From NCBI GenBank assembly GCA_965249275.1, contig CBDFLQ010000005.1:448001-512000 (forward strand): a DNA stretch of 64,000 nt. Reading direction: 5' to 3'. Below are positions 29,961 to 38,435 of the stretch, one piece after another. This DNA comes from Dehalococcoidia bacterium (GTDB lineage Bacteria; Chloroflexota; Dehalococcoidia; Plut-88900). Under the pieces are notes generated by a model that saw only the letters and a list, made by a program, of their open reading frames with translations, was not told where the DNA came from and searched no databases. The first letter of the stretch is position 1. Every line of letters begins with the position of its first letter. The position numbers were made by a program, and so were the translations under genes.

Positions 29961-29980
29961 CCCCCTCTGCCCCCTCCCCC

Positions 29981-30005
29981 GTAGGGGCGACCGGCTGGTC
30001 GCCCT
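29981..30005 (+). repeat. GTAG-type REP (second copy reversed at 59601-59625)
   Basis: GTAGGGGCGACCGGCTGGTCGCCCT hairpin. Confidence 0.8.
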
Positions 30006-30101
30006 GGGGTGGGGCGCCCTCCCTCGCCACCCAAGAAAGGGACCGCCTACTAGCCCATACCCACATAATCTCGCATGCCCATCCCTTCTCCATCGCCGAC
30101 T

Positions 30102-30203
30102 CCCCCATCCCAGGAAGATGACGGAAAATTTTCCCGTAGAACAATCATACAGGCACGAACTTTCGATTGAATCAATCAAAAGCCCCCACCGGGACAACCC
30201 CCT
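30102..30203 (+). repeat. Dispersed element of about 100 bp with paired CAATCA motifs
   Basis: Aligns with the reverse complement of about 54252-54351. Confidence 0.7.
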
Positions 30204-30376
30204 CACCCAATAAAGGAGCCAGCCTACTAGCCCACACCCCCAACCCCTCCCTCCACAATTGAAGATGGAACATGCGCCTTTGGAGCATCCGCCTCAGGAG
30301 GACTAAATTCCCCCGTTGACGCCCACGACAAGGCAGGTTACATTTGCCGGGCCATCCAGCTTGAAAGGAGCCTTAA

Positions 30377-31204
30377 ATGGAGCTAGCCCCGGGCCTTCAC
30401 TCCCTGCATGTCCCCATAGAGGAAGGATCTTTCTTCTTCAGACACTACCCGCCCAACTCCTATCTCCTCACCGAGGGCGAAGGCGCGCTCATCGACACGG
30501 GCAACGGGGACGACATCTCCATTAACAGCAGGCTCGACCAGCTCAAGGAGCTCGGGAATCCCGGCTTCGGGTACATCATCCTCACCCACCCCCACGGCGA
30601 CCATCTCGGCGGCGCCGAGCGGTTCAAGCAGCTGGCAGGGGCCAAAATCATCATCCACCGAGATGACGCCGACACGGCCAACGAGGCTTTTGAGGACACC
30701 CGCGTCGACGAGGCGTTTGAGGACGGTGACGTGATCAACCTGGGGAGTATCGAGCTGGAACTGATTCACACGCCCGGCCACACCCACGGGCATACCTGCG
30801 TCCTGAACCGGAGCAATCGATCCCTCTTCACCGGCGACCACATCCTCGGCACCGGCACCACCGCCGTCAGCCCCGACCGCGGTGACATGGCGAAGTACAT
30901 CGACTCCCTGCGAAAGCTTCAGCCGCTGAATATCAGCGCCCTATACCCGGGCCACGGGTCTCCGGTGAACCAGCCCCAGACCAAGATCAAGGAGCTTCTC
31001 GACCACCGGATGGAGCGGGAGAAGCAGGTCCTCACCTACCTCTCCGAGGGCCGGGACACCATCGAAAGCCTGGTCAGGGCCATCTATCCGGAACTCGACA
31101 AGGACCTCCTCTCGGAAGCCGAGGGCCAGGTCAAGGTCCATCTTGTGAAGCTAGTCAACGAGAGGCGGGTCGAGGCACGGGGCGAGAAATACGGCGTGAG
31201 GTAA
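30377..31204 (+). CDS. MBL-fold metallo-hydrolase (LACTB2-like)
   Basis: THPHGDH, HTPGHT, FTGDH, YPGHG, winged-helix-like C-terminus. Confidence 0.9.
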   Translation: MELAPGLHSLHVPIEEGSFFFRHYPPNSYLLTEGEGALIDTGNGDDISINSRLDQLKELGNPGFGYIILTHPHGDHLGGAERFKQLAGAKIIIHRDDADTANEAFEDTRVDEAFEDGDVINLGSIELELIHTPGHTHGHTCVLNRSNRSLFTGDHILGTGTTAVSPDRGDMAKYIDSLRKLQPLNISALYPGHGSPVNQPQTKIKELLDHRMEREKQVLTYLSEGRDTIESLVRAIYPELDKDLLSEAEGQVKVHLVKLVNERRVEARGEKYGVR

Positions 31205-31251
31205 ACGTAGAACTGCCGCCGCCCTCACTCAGCACTAGGAGTTTGACTGTT

Positions 31252-31440
31252 ATGTTGGACCGGGACTATGCCTATCAGACTGGCAAGCGTAACGAAAAAA
31301 GGCATCCCAATGCGTGCTCCTGCCAGCAGTGCACGAATAAGCGGCTGGACAAGCTCGGCTTCCCCCATGCAAATGAAACGCCCCTGGAGGCGGCATTGCG
31401 ACGGAAGGCCGACAAGAAACGCAAACGTAGAAAAAAGTGA
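31252..31440 (+). CDS. Small basic protein with an HxxxCxCxxC motif
   Basis: AGGAG RBS; HPNACSCQQCTNKRL; KKRKRRKK tail. Confidence 0.55.
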   Translation: MLDRDYAYQTGKRNEKRHPNACSCQQCTNKRLDKLGFPHANETPLEAALRRKADKKRKRRKK

Positions 31441-31553
31441 GCTTGACCCAGGGATGCGCCGAGGATAAAGCCCTCGCAACCCCTCCCAAGTTGCCTAACT
31501 GAGAGTATCGACCCTAAGAAATGCCAAGCATTCTTTAGGCTGTTTACCCAAGG

Positions 31554-31952
31554 CTAGATAACAGCGTCGGCGTCTATCTCCACGACCATGTCGGGGTGTA
31601 CGAGGGCATCGGTGCCGAGAAGCGTGCAGACCGGCTTGATGTTGCCGAACACCTCGCCGTGGGCAATCCCGACCTCCTCGGCGTGGTTCTGAACGTCGAC
31701 CACGAAGACCCTCGTCCTGACCACGTTCTCCAGCGAGCCGCCCGCCTGCTCAACGTACCCTTTGATCAGCCCGAGGACGTGCTTGGTCTGCTCGTAGTAG
31801 TCGCCGGGTGCAAACACCGACCCGTCCGCCGACGTTGAAGCGTTGCCCGCGATGAATATGTGGCTGGTTGGGTTGTCGACCCTGACGGCTCGGCAAAACC
31901 CGAACTTAGTCTCCAACGGCCTTCCACTCTCGACTTGTGATCTCTCTCCCAT
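31554..31952 (-). CDS. RidA/YjgF family protein
   Basis: GFCRAVRV, VVRTR, HGEVFGNIKP, VEIDADA. Confidence 0.88.
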   Translation of the reverse strand: MGERSQVESGRPLETKFGFCRAVRVDNPTSHIFIAGNASTSADGSVFAPGDYYEQTKHVLGLIKGYVEQAGGSLENVVRTRVFVVDVQNHAEEVGIAHGEVFGNIKPVCTLLGTDALVHPDMVVEIDADAVI

Positions 31953-31993
31953 ACTTCACCTCCATTTGCATTTACCTATAGAGCATACTCATT

Positions 31994-32914
31994 TTACGGA
32001 TTCCCAGTTAAGGGGAATATCTCGCTCTCACAGCTGCTGAATGTCGTCAGGACAAGGAAGTCCTCCTCACTATTCCCACCGATCACTTCCCGGTAGACCT
32101 CCACCCCTATTTCCGCCTCAATGCACTGCTGGCCGAGCACTGGGAGAGCGCGCACTACCTCTCCCAATTGCTCGGGGCTTAGGGCCCCTTCCATTAACCC
32201 GTCCATCAAGCCAACATGGATGACATTCTCGGGCACGGAGACATCCACGTCAGTTCCGAAGTCGGAATAAACCGAGGTAAACATCGTCTCGGGGTCTTCC
32301 ACCCGTGCCTCGATGCGCAGCGGAAACAGGTCCGGCTTGCTTATCCACATCTCCAACTCCGCCTCTCCCACCCCGGGGGCGAAACCGACGGCCTGTCTGA
32401 GGTCTCCCGTCCCCTTCGCAATGAGCCGGTAGGCGTTCTCTCCATCGATTATTCCTTCTCCCAACAGTGTAAAGCTCTCCGCCGTTTCCCGGATTCCGCC
32501 AAGGTCATAGGGGAAGTTCTGGAAGTTGGAATTGCGGTGAAGAGTCTCGCCTCCGAAGTCAAACCACGCCTGAAAACCGGGATATAGCACATACTGGGAC
32601 TCCCCAATCTGAATGATCTCAATCTCGACGTTGTTCGCGGAATCGAGGAGGACCTGTACAGCGAAGCGACCTCTCTCCAAGGGAAATATGTCGGTTTCGG
32701 ATCGTGTGTCGGCGCCGGACCCTTCGGCGGTGATAGTGACGCGGAAGAAAGAGGCAGCCTTCAGGTTCTCATCAGCCGAGCGGAATATCGAGGGCGCGTC
32801 CTCCGCAGTAGATCCAGGCACAGAAGTTGGGGTGAGCAAGAGTCCTTCACACGCTAGCGCTCCAAAGGCCAGCACAACCAAGACAAACACCAAAGCCCGT
32901 TTCATCCCCGACAC
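31994..32914 (-). CDS. Lipoprotein (LolA/LppX-like beta fold), paralog 1
   Basis: Lipobox ALA-C; EMWISKPDLFPLRIEAR, YSDFG. Confidence 0.65.
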   Translation of the reverse strand: MSGMKRALVFVLVVLAFGALACEGLLLTPTSVPGSTAEDAPSIFRSADENLKAASFFRVTITAEGSGADTRSETDIFPLERGRFAVQVLLDSANNVEIEIIQIGESQYVLYPGFQAWFDFGGETLHRNSNFQNFPYDLGGIRETAESFTLLGEGIIDGENAYRLIAKGTGDLRQAVGFAPGVGEAELEMWISKPDLFPLRIEARVEDPETMFTSVYSDFGTDVDVSVPENVIHVGLMDGLMEGALSPEQLGEVVRALPVLGQQCIEAEIGVEVYREVIGGNSEEDFLVLTTFSSCESEIFPLTGNP

Positions 32915-32938
32915 CCTAGCACGCCCCCGACTGACGCG

Positions 32939-34195
32939 CTAAGGGTCACCTCCCTCCCCAGCTAACATCTTGCACATTTCTCCGGCTGCCACCTCCTCGG
33001 CAGTCGGGGGTCGTTCCCCCCACCCGACCTCGAACAGGGCTTCCAGCCCTACGGACCCCCTCACACACTCGGCCAGGTCTCCTGTCATGTCCCCGCGTGG
33101 AATCGTGAGAATAGTGAGATCGAGGCTATACAGAGCTTCGGCAAGGCCGCTTCTGGCAAAGATGTCGGAATAGGAGAAAATCGGCTCCTCGCAATGATCG
33201 AAGACCCACAATAAAACGCTGTCGAGGTCGCTGGTCCCCGCAACCAGTTCCTGGTAAGGGGCGACGCCGATTTCATTCTCCACGCATTTCTGCCCTTCTG
33301 GCGGGAACGCCCGAACAACGAGGCCTTTCTCCTCTGGGTTAAGGGTCCCGTCCAGCAATCGCTGCAGGTAGTCCAGGTCCAGGACCGACTCGGGCGCGGA
33401 GATGTCCACTGCCGACCCAAACCCCGAGTACTCTGCGTTGAAATACTCCCCATTCTTGTCGAACCGCGCCTCAATGCGCAGGGGAAGCAGGTCGTCCCGG
33501 CTTATCCATATCTCAATCTCAGTTACCTCGTCCCTCGACCGGGCCCCGACGTTAAAGCCCATTGCTTCATCGAGCCGCCTCGTCGCTGTACCCGTGACTC
33601 GATAGACAGGCCCGACCTCAATCGCCTCGGAGCTTCGCACCTCCAGGTCACCTGTCCCTTCAGCCAGGAGTGCCAGATCATAAGGGAAATCTTGGGCTGT
33701 CCTGCGCGCCCAGGTCGTCCCGCTGTAGTCGAACCACACGCGGAAGCCGGGAGGTCGAGAGTAGGGAAGGCCATCCACGAACAGAAACTCGTCTGCGTTT
33801 GTCCCTATCCGGGTAGCCCAGGATTCGTGGACGTACCCCTTGTCGGGAGGCACGATCTCGGCATTGATTTCGGTAGTCACTGCGCCGTTCTCGATAACTA
33901 CCAAGACCCGAAAAGATGCCTGTGCCCGCAAATTCTCGATAGCCGACTCAAGAATGTGGAAAGCTCTCGATGGCGTAGGTGTCGGGCTTGCTGTCGGGAC
34001 AGGTGTCGGCGCAGGAGTTGGAGTGTCGGTTGGGGTCGGGGATGGGGTGGGCGTAGTGGTCGAGAGCGAGGTGGGTATGGGAGCAGCGGTGGGTGTGGGC
34101 GTTGGCGCCGGGGTCGCTGTCGGGACCGCACCCCCGCACCCGAGCACGGCAAACACTAACCCGACCACGATAAGGACCCACAAAGGCTTCATCAC
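32939..34195 (-). CDS. Lipoprotein with a Pro/Thr linker, paralog 2
   Basis: Lipobox VLG-C; PT repeats; EIWISRDDLLPLRIEAR shared with the neighbour. Confidence 0.65.
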   Translation of the reverse strand: MMKPLWVLIVVGLVFAVLGCGGAVPTATPAPTPTPTAAPIPTSLSTTTPTPSPTPTDTPTPAPTPVPTASPTPTPSRAFHILESAIENLRAQASFRVLVVIENGAVTTEINAEIVPPDKGYVHESWATRIGTNADEFLFVDGLPYSRPPGFRVWFDYSGTTWARRTAQDFPYDLALLAEGTGDLEVRSSEAIEVGPVYRVTGTATRRLDEAMGFNVGARSRDEVTEIEIWISRDDLLPLRIEARFDKNGEYFNAEYSGFGSAVDISAPESVLDLDYLQRLLDGTLNPEEKGLVVRAFPPEGQKCVENEIGVAPYQELVAGTSDLDSVLLWVFDHCEEPIFSYSDIFARSGLAEALYSLDLTILTIPRGDMTGDLAECVRGSVGLEALFEVGWGERPPTAEEVAAGEMCKMLAGEGGDP

Positions 34196-34227
34196 CCCAC
34201 CCTACCACACCCTCCCCCCGACCCCGT

Positions 34228-34236
34228 TGCTATAAT
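34228..34236 (+). promoter_or_regulatory. Extended -10 promoter, near-leaderless pcrA transcript
   Basis: TGcTATAAT ending 9 bp before ATG 34246; no SD sequence. Confidence 0.55.
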
Positions 34237-34245
34237 CAATGGGCA

Positions 34246-36444
34246 ATGATCACACACAACCTGTTAGAAGGCCTGAACCCACCCCAGAAAGAAGCCGTCG
34301 AGAACGTCGACGGGCCTCTGCTCATCCTCGCCGGGCCGGGGAGCGGCAAGACCAGGGTCATCACTACCCGCATCGCCTACCTGATGCGCGTGGTCGGCGT
34401 GTACCCAAGCCGCATGATGGCCGTGACCTTCACCAACAAGGCTTCAAAAGAGATGCGGGAGCGGGTGTTTGATCTCGTGGGTGAGGACACCGAGCGGCTC
34501 ACCCTCGGCACTTTCCACGCCATCTGCGTCCGGATTTTACGAACCAGCGGCGAACCCATCGGCCTCGACAGAAACCTCGTCATCTACGACGAGGACGACA
34601 AGGCCTCCATCATCAAGGACGCAATGAAGGACCTGAATATCGACCCCCGGAACTTCCCGCCCCGGGGCATGAGCTCGGCCATCTCGGCATCCAAGAGCCA
34701 GATGATCGACGCCCAGGACCACCACCTTCACGTCCACAGCTATTTCGACGAGGTCGTGGGTCGGGTCTTTCAGCGTTACCAGGCCATACTCGAAGAGAAC
34801 AACGGCGTGGACTTCGACGACCTGCTTCTCAAGGCCGTACAACTCTTCGACCGTTCCCCCGAGACCCTCGAAAAGTACGCCAACCGCTACCGCTACCTGC
34901 TGATAGACGAGTTCCAGGACACGAACGTCGTGCAGTACAGGCTGGCAAAGCAGATGGCGAGCCAGCACGGGAACATCTGCGTAGTCGGCGACCCGGACCA
35001 GTCGATTTACTCATGGCGCCACGCCGACATCCGCAACATCCTCAGCTTCGAAAAGGACTTCCCCAAGGCCAAGGTGATCTACCTGGAGCAGAACTACCGC
35101 TCGACGCAGACCATCCTGGAGTCTGCCCACAACGTCATCGCTGCCAACCAGCAGCGGAAAGAGAAGAACCTCTGGACCGACAACGGGCAGGGCGTCCCCA
35201 TCACTATGTCGGAGGCCTACAACGAGCAGGACGAGGCCCAGACCGTCGCCAAGGAGATCGAGCGCCTGATGCGGGACGACGATCACGACCTTGGGGATAT
35301 AGCGGTGATGTACCGCACCAACGCCCAGTCCCGCGTACTGGAGGAGTCCTTCCTGAGGTACGGCATCCAGTACCGGCTTGTGGGCGGCACCCGCTTCTAC
35401 GAACGTCGGGAGGTGAAGGACATCGTCGGCTACCTGCGGCTCGTGCACAACCCCTACGACTCCGTCAGCCTGCGCCGGGTGATCAACGTGCCCAAACGGG
35501 GAATCGGGCAGAAGACGGTGGACGGGCTGATGATGTGGGCGCAGCAGCTGGGCATGCCACCCTACACCGCGCTTCAACTGCTGGCTCACAACTCAGAGGA
35601 GAATGGCAATGGGCCCGAGCCACCCTTCGGCAGCGCGGCGAGACGCTCGCTGACCAGCTTTCTGGTAATGCTCGACGAACTGCTGGAAGTGGGCAAGGGG
35701 GGCGACGTGGTCCATCTCATCAGCATGGTGGCGGAAAGGACGGGCTACAAGGACTTCCTGCTCGACTCCGAGGACCGCGGAGAAGACCGCTGGGAAAACA
35801 TCATGGAGCTGCGGTCCGTCGCCGCCGAGTACCGGGGCCTGGAACCCGGCGAGAGCCTGACCGCCCTGCTGGACGGCGTGGCCCTGGTATCTGACACCGA
35901 CGAGCTGGACGGCAAGGCAAACGCCGTGACCCTGATCACGCTCCACCAGGCCAAGGGGCTCGAATATCCGGTGGTGTTCCTGGTCGGGATGGAGGAAGGA
36001 CTGCTTCCTCACCGCCGCTCCATCGACGACCCAGACCAGATGGAGGAGGAGCGTCGGCTGTGCTACGTGGGCATGACTCGGGCCAAACAGCGGCTCTACC
36101 TGCTGAGGGCCTTTCGCAGGAACATGATGGGGTCCAGCAACGTCAATCCCCCTTCACGTTTCCTGGAAGCCATCCCCAAGGGCCTCACTGCCAACTTCTC
36201 AAAGACTCCCCAAGGCTACCAGACCCGCGCCGACGACCTGTGGTGGTCACCGCCGAAGCGAAGGGTAGCCAAAGAGGGCGAGTTCTCCGCCGGAGACCGG
36301 GTCAAGCACGGCACGTTCGGGGAGGGGATAGTGGTCTCGTGTGCGGCGTCGGGGGACGACCAGATGGTCACGGTAGCCTTCAAAGGCACCCTCGGCATCA
36401 AGAAGCTGCTCCAGAGCTACGCCCCCCTGGAAAAAATCACCTAG
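34246..36444 (+). CDS. pcrA: ATP-dependent DNA helicase PcrA/UvrD
   Basis: AGPGSGKT, TFTNKA, DEFQD, GDPDQSIY, LEQNYRS, HQAKGLE, EERRLCYVGMTRA, C-terminal Tudor-like GDRVKHGTFGEG. Confidence 0.96.
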   Translation: MITHNLLEGLNPPQKEAVENVDGPLLILAGPGSGKTRVITTRIAYLMRVVGVYPSRMMAVTFTNKASKEMRERVFDLVGEDTERLTLGTFHAICVRILRTSGEPIGLDRNLVIYDEDDKASIIKDAMKDLNIDPRNFPPRGMSSAISASKSQMIDAQDHHLHVHSYFDEVVGRVFQRYQAILEENNGVDFDDLLLKAVQLFDRSPETLEKYANRYRYLLIDEFQDTNVVQYRLAKQMASQHGNICVVGDPDQSIYSWRHADIRNILSFEKDFPKAKVIYLEQNYRSTQTILESAHNVIAANQQRKEKNLWTDNGQGVPITMSEAYNEQDEAQTVAKEIERLMRDDDHDLGDIAVMYRTNAQSRVLEESFLRYGIQYRLVGGTRFYERREVKDIVGYLRLVHNPYDSVSLRRVINVPKRGIGQKTVDGLMMWAQQLGMPPYTALQLLAHNSEENGNGPEPPFGSAARRSLTSFLVMLDELLEVGKGGDVVHLISMVAERTGYKDFLLDSEDRGEDRWENIMELRSVAAEYRGLEPGESLTALLDGVALVSDTDELDGKANAVTLITLHQAKGLEYPVVFLVGMEEGLLPHRRSIDDPDQMEEERRLCYVGMTRAKQRLYLLRAFRRNMMGSSNVNPPSRFLEAIPKGLTANFSKTPQGYQTRADDLWWSPPKRRVAKEGEFSAGDRVKHGTFGEGIVVSCAASGDDQMVTVAFKGTLGIKKLLQSYAPLEKIT

Positions 36445-36597
36445 CCTAAACCGTCATTCCCGTCCCCGAACAGGAATCCAGATGGGCGGGGTGGGGTCAT
36501 ATCCCCTCTCCCTTGATGTTACCCTTGCATAACCCTTATTCCGGGCGGCTGTGCGGAGGTACAGTCCCTTCTCCCTCGATGGGAGAGGGGATGGGGG

Positions 36598-37068
36598 TTA
36601 GCGGCGGCGGACGTGGGAGCGGCCGGCGCGGGCTACCAGCTCGTCGTTCTGGTTGAGGAAGTTGTGCTCGACGACTATGAAGGCCATGTCACCTGAGCGG
36701 CCCGTTTTTCGGTAGACGTCAGTGACGCGGGCTGTGCAGGTCAGGACGTCGCCGGGACGCACGGGTAAGAGGGGTTCCACCCACTGGCCGGCCATGTAGA
36801 TGGTGCCATCGAACTGAAGGTCAAGGTCCGCGGGTTCGTCGAGGCGGACGAAGGAGGCGACGAAGGAGGGAGGGGCGATGATATCGCCGTGGGGGCCCGA
36901 GGCGGCAGCTTCTTCGTCGACAAAGAGGGGGTTGGTCTCTCCGATTGCGCGGGAGAAACCGAGCACCATCTCTCGGGTGACGGCGTGGGTGGCCTTGAAG
37001 TAGTCTCTGCCTAATACCTCTCGGTTGAACTGAAGGCTATCCTGGGATGCGGGTCTGGCGGCGTTCAT
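36598..37068 (-). CDS. MaoC/FAS1-like hot-dog dehydratase domain protein
   Basis: FSRAIGETNPLF, IIAPPSF, VRPGDVL, NQNDELV. Confidence 0.82.
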   Translation of the reverse strand: MNAARPASQDSLQFNREVLGRDYFKATHAVTREMVLGFSRAIGETNPLFVDEEAAASGPHGDIIAPPSFVASFVRLDEPADLDLQFDGTIYMAGQWVEPLLPVRPGDVLTCTARVTDVYRKTGRSGDMAFIVVEHNFLNQNDELVARAGRSHVRRR

Positions 37069-37082
37069 CGGGTAGGCGTGTC

Positions 37083-38417
37083 TCAGTCCTGGGCCTTAAT
37101 CTCTTGGACGACTCGGTCTCCGGACTGGACGGCGCCGTTGGTAAACCCGGCACTTGTGTAGTCGCCGCAGAAGTGGAGCCTACCGACGGGTTTCTGCAGC
37201 AGGGGATAGATCTCGGTGTGGCCGGGTTTCCAGAGGGGTATGGCGTGGTTCCAATGGGCGACGTCGGACTCTACGATCTTGCCGCGGACGGCAGGGACCA
37301 TCTCCACAAGGTCGTCAAGCAGGACTTCCGTCACCTCGCCGTCCGAGCGAGACATGAGGTCCTTGGCAACTGCGTTGCCGGTGTAGACGCGCAGGATCCC
37401 CATGCCAGTCTTGCTCTTGTAGTCATCGGGATAGGTGAAGGAGGGGTCAGTTATAGCGCAGACCTTCTGGCCGGAGACGGGAACCCGCCATACGCCTTTG
37501 CCGATGAGGTTTTCGGAAAGCTCATCTACCAGGAAGGCAGCGGTGGTCATGGAGCCGTATTCAATTTTGGCGAGAGCCTCCCGTTTCCAGTCGGGGAGGT
37601 CCTGGGTGCAGTTGAGGGTGATGGGAGCCGGGGTGGCCATGACGCAGCGTCGAGCCTGCACGGTGTCCTTCTTGCCTCCGCGGTCATAGGTGACCTGGAC
37701 TCGATCCTCCAGCTCTTTCACTTCGAGCACTTCGGCGCCGAGAACCGCTTTGTCACCGAGCAAACGGTGGAGGGCGATGGTAACTTGGTTGGTCCCGCCC
37801 TCAACGAAATATTCGTCGGCCATGAAGAAGAGGATGACCATGAGGGGGTGGAAGGGGGTGACGGTGTCGGCGCCCATGGTGCTGGCGGTTACGGCGAAGA
37901 CGTCCCACAACTCGCGCACGGATTTCGGGGCGTTGCCTAAGAATTCGTCGACGGTGGTGGAATTGAGCTCGATGACCTTGGGGTCGGTGGGATCGAAGTC
38001 GGCGTTTAAGAGGGACTTGTACTTGCGCCGAGTCTTCCAGATGTGCCAGGCGAACTTGATCTTGTCCAGGAAGGGTATGGGCATCTTGAGAAGGAGCCCG
38101 TACTCGTTGGAGGATGCGACCAGCTTGCCATTCATATAGAGGGGCAGCTTGGACTTGGCAATAAGGGTGCGCTTGACTCCTATCTCATCAACGAGCGTGG
38201 CCAAGGGGCCCGTGTCCCCGAGGACGACCTGGGCCCCGGCGTTGTAGACGTAAGGGCCGAGCGTGCGGGATTCGGTCCGGCCGCCGGGAATCTCCTCCTT
38301 TTCCAGTAGGAGGATGTTTCGGTCCCGCATGCGGTAGGCAGCGGTAAGGCCGGCAAGGCCACCACCTACGATAACGAGGTCAAGGAGGGAGTCTGGAGTG
38401 TTTGGTGTATCCGGCAT
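37083..38417 (-). CDS. Flavin amine-oxidase / protoporphyrinogen-oxidase-family FAD oxidoreductase, paralog 1
   Basis: GGGLAGLTAA, GGR, HFCGDY. Confidence 0.85.
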   Translation of the reverse strand: MPDTPNTPDSLLDLVIVGGGLAGLTAAYRMRDRNILLLEKEEIPGGRTESRTLGPYVYNAGAQVVLGDTGPLATLVDEIGVKRTLIAKSKLPLYMNGKLVASSNEYGLLLKMPIPFLDKIKFAWHIWKTRRKYKSLLNADFDPTDPKVIELNSTTVDEFLGNAPKSVRELWDVFAVTASTMGADTVTPFHPLMVILFFMADEYFVEGGTNQVTIALHRLLGDKAVLGAEVLEVKELEDRVQVTYDRGGKKDTVQARRCVMATPAPITLNCTQDLPDWKREALAKIEYGSMTTAAFLVDELSENLIGKGVWRVPVSGQKVCAITDPSFTYPDDYKSKTGMGILRVYTGNAVAKDLMSRSDGEVTEVLLDDLVEMVPAVRGKIVESDVAHWNHAIPLWKPGHTEIYPLLQKPVGRLHFCGDYTSAGFTNGAVQSGDRVVQEIKAQD

Positions 38418-38435
38418 GACGGGTCTATCTTTGGG

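Noticed and set aside
31493-31555. Integron attC site (GCCTAAC start); similar candidate at 41500-41565
   Set aside because: No complementary GTTRRRY end with correct pairing, and no integrase
32341-32349. DnaA box TTATCCACA as an oriC marker
   Set aside because: A single copy inside a CDS, explained by the codons for M-W-I-S on the minus strand
33975-34126. G-rich repetitive stretch
   Set aside because: An ordinary Pro/Thr linker of a lipoprotein
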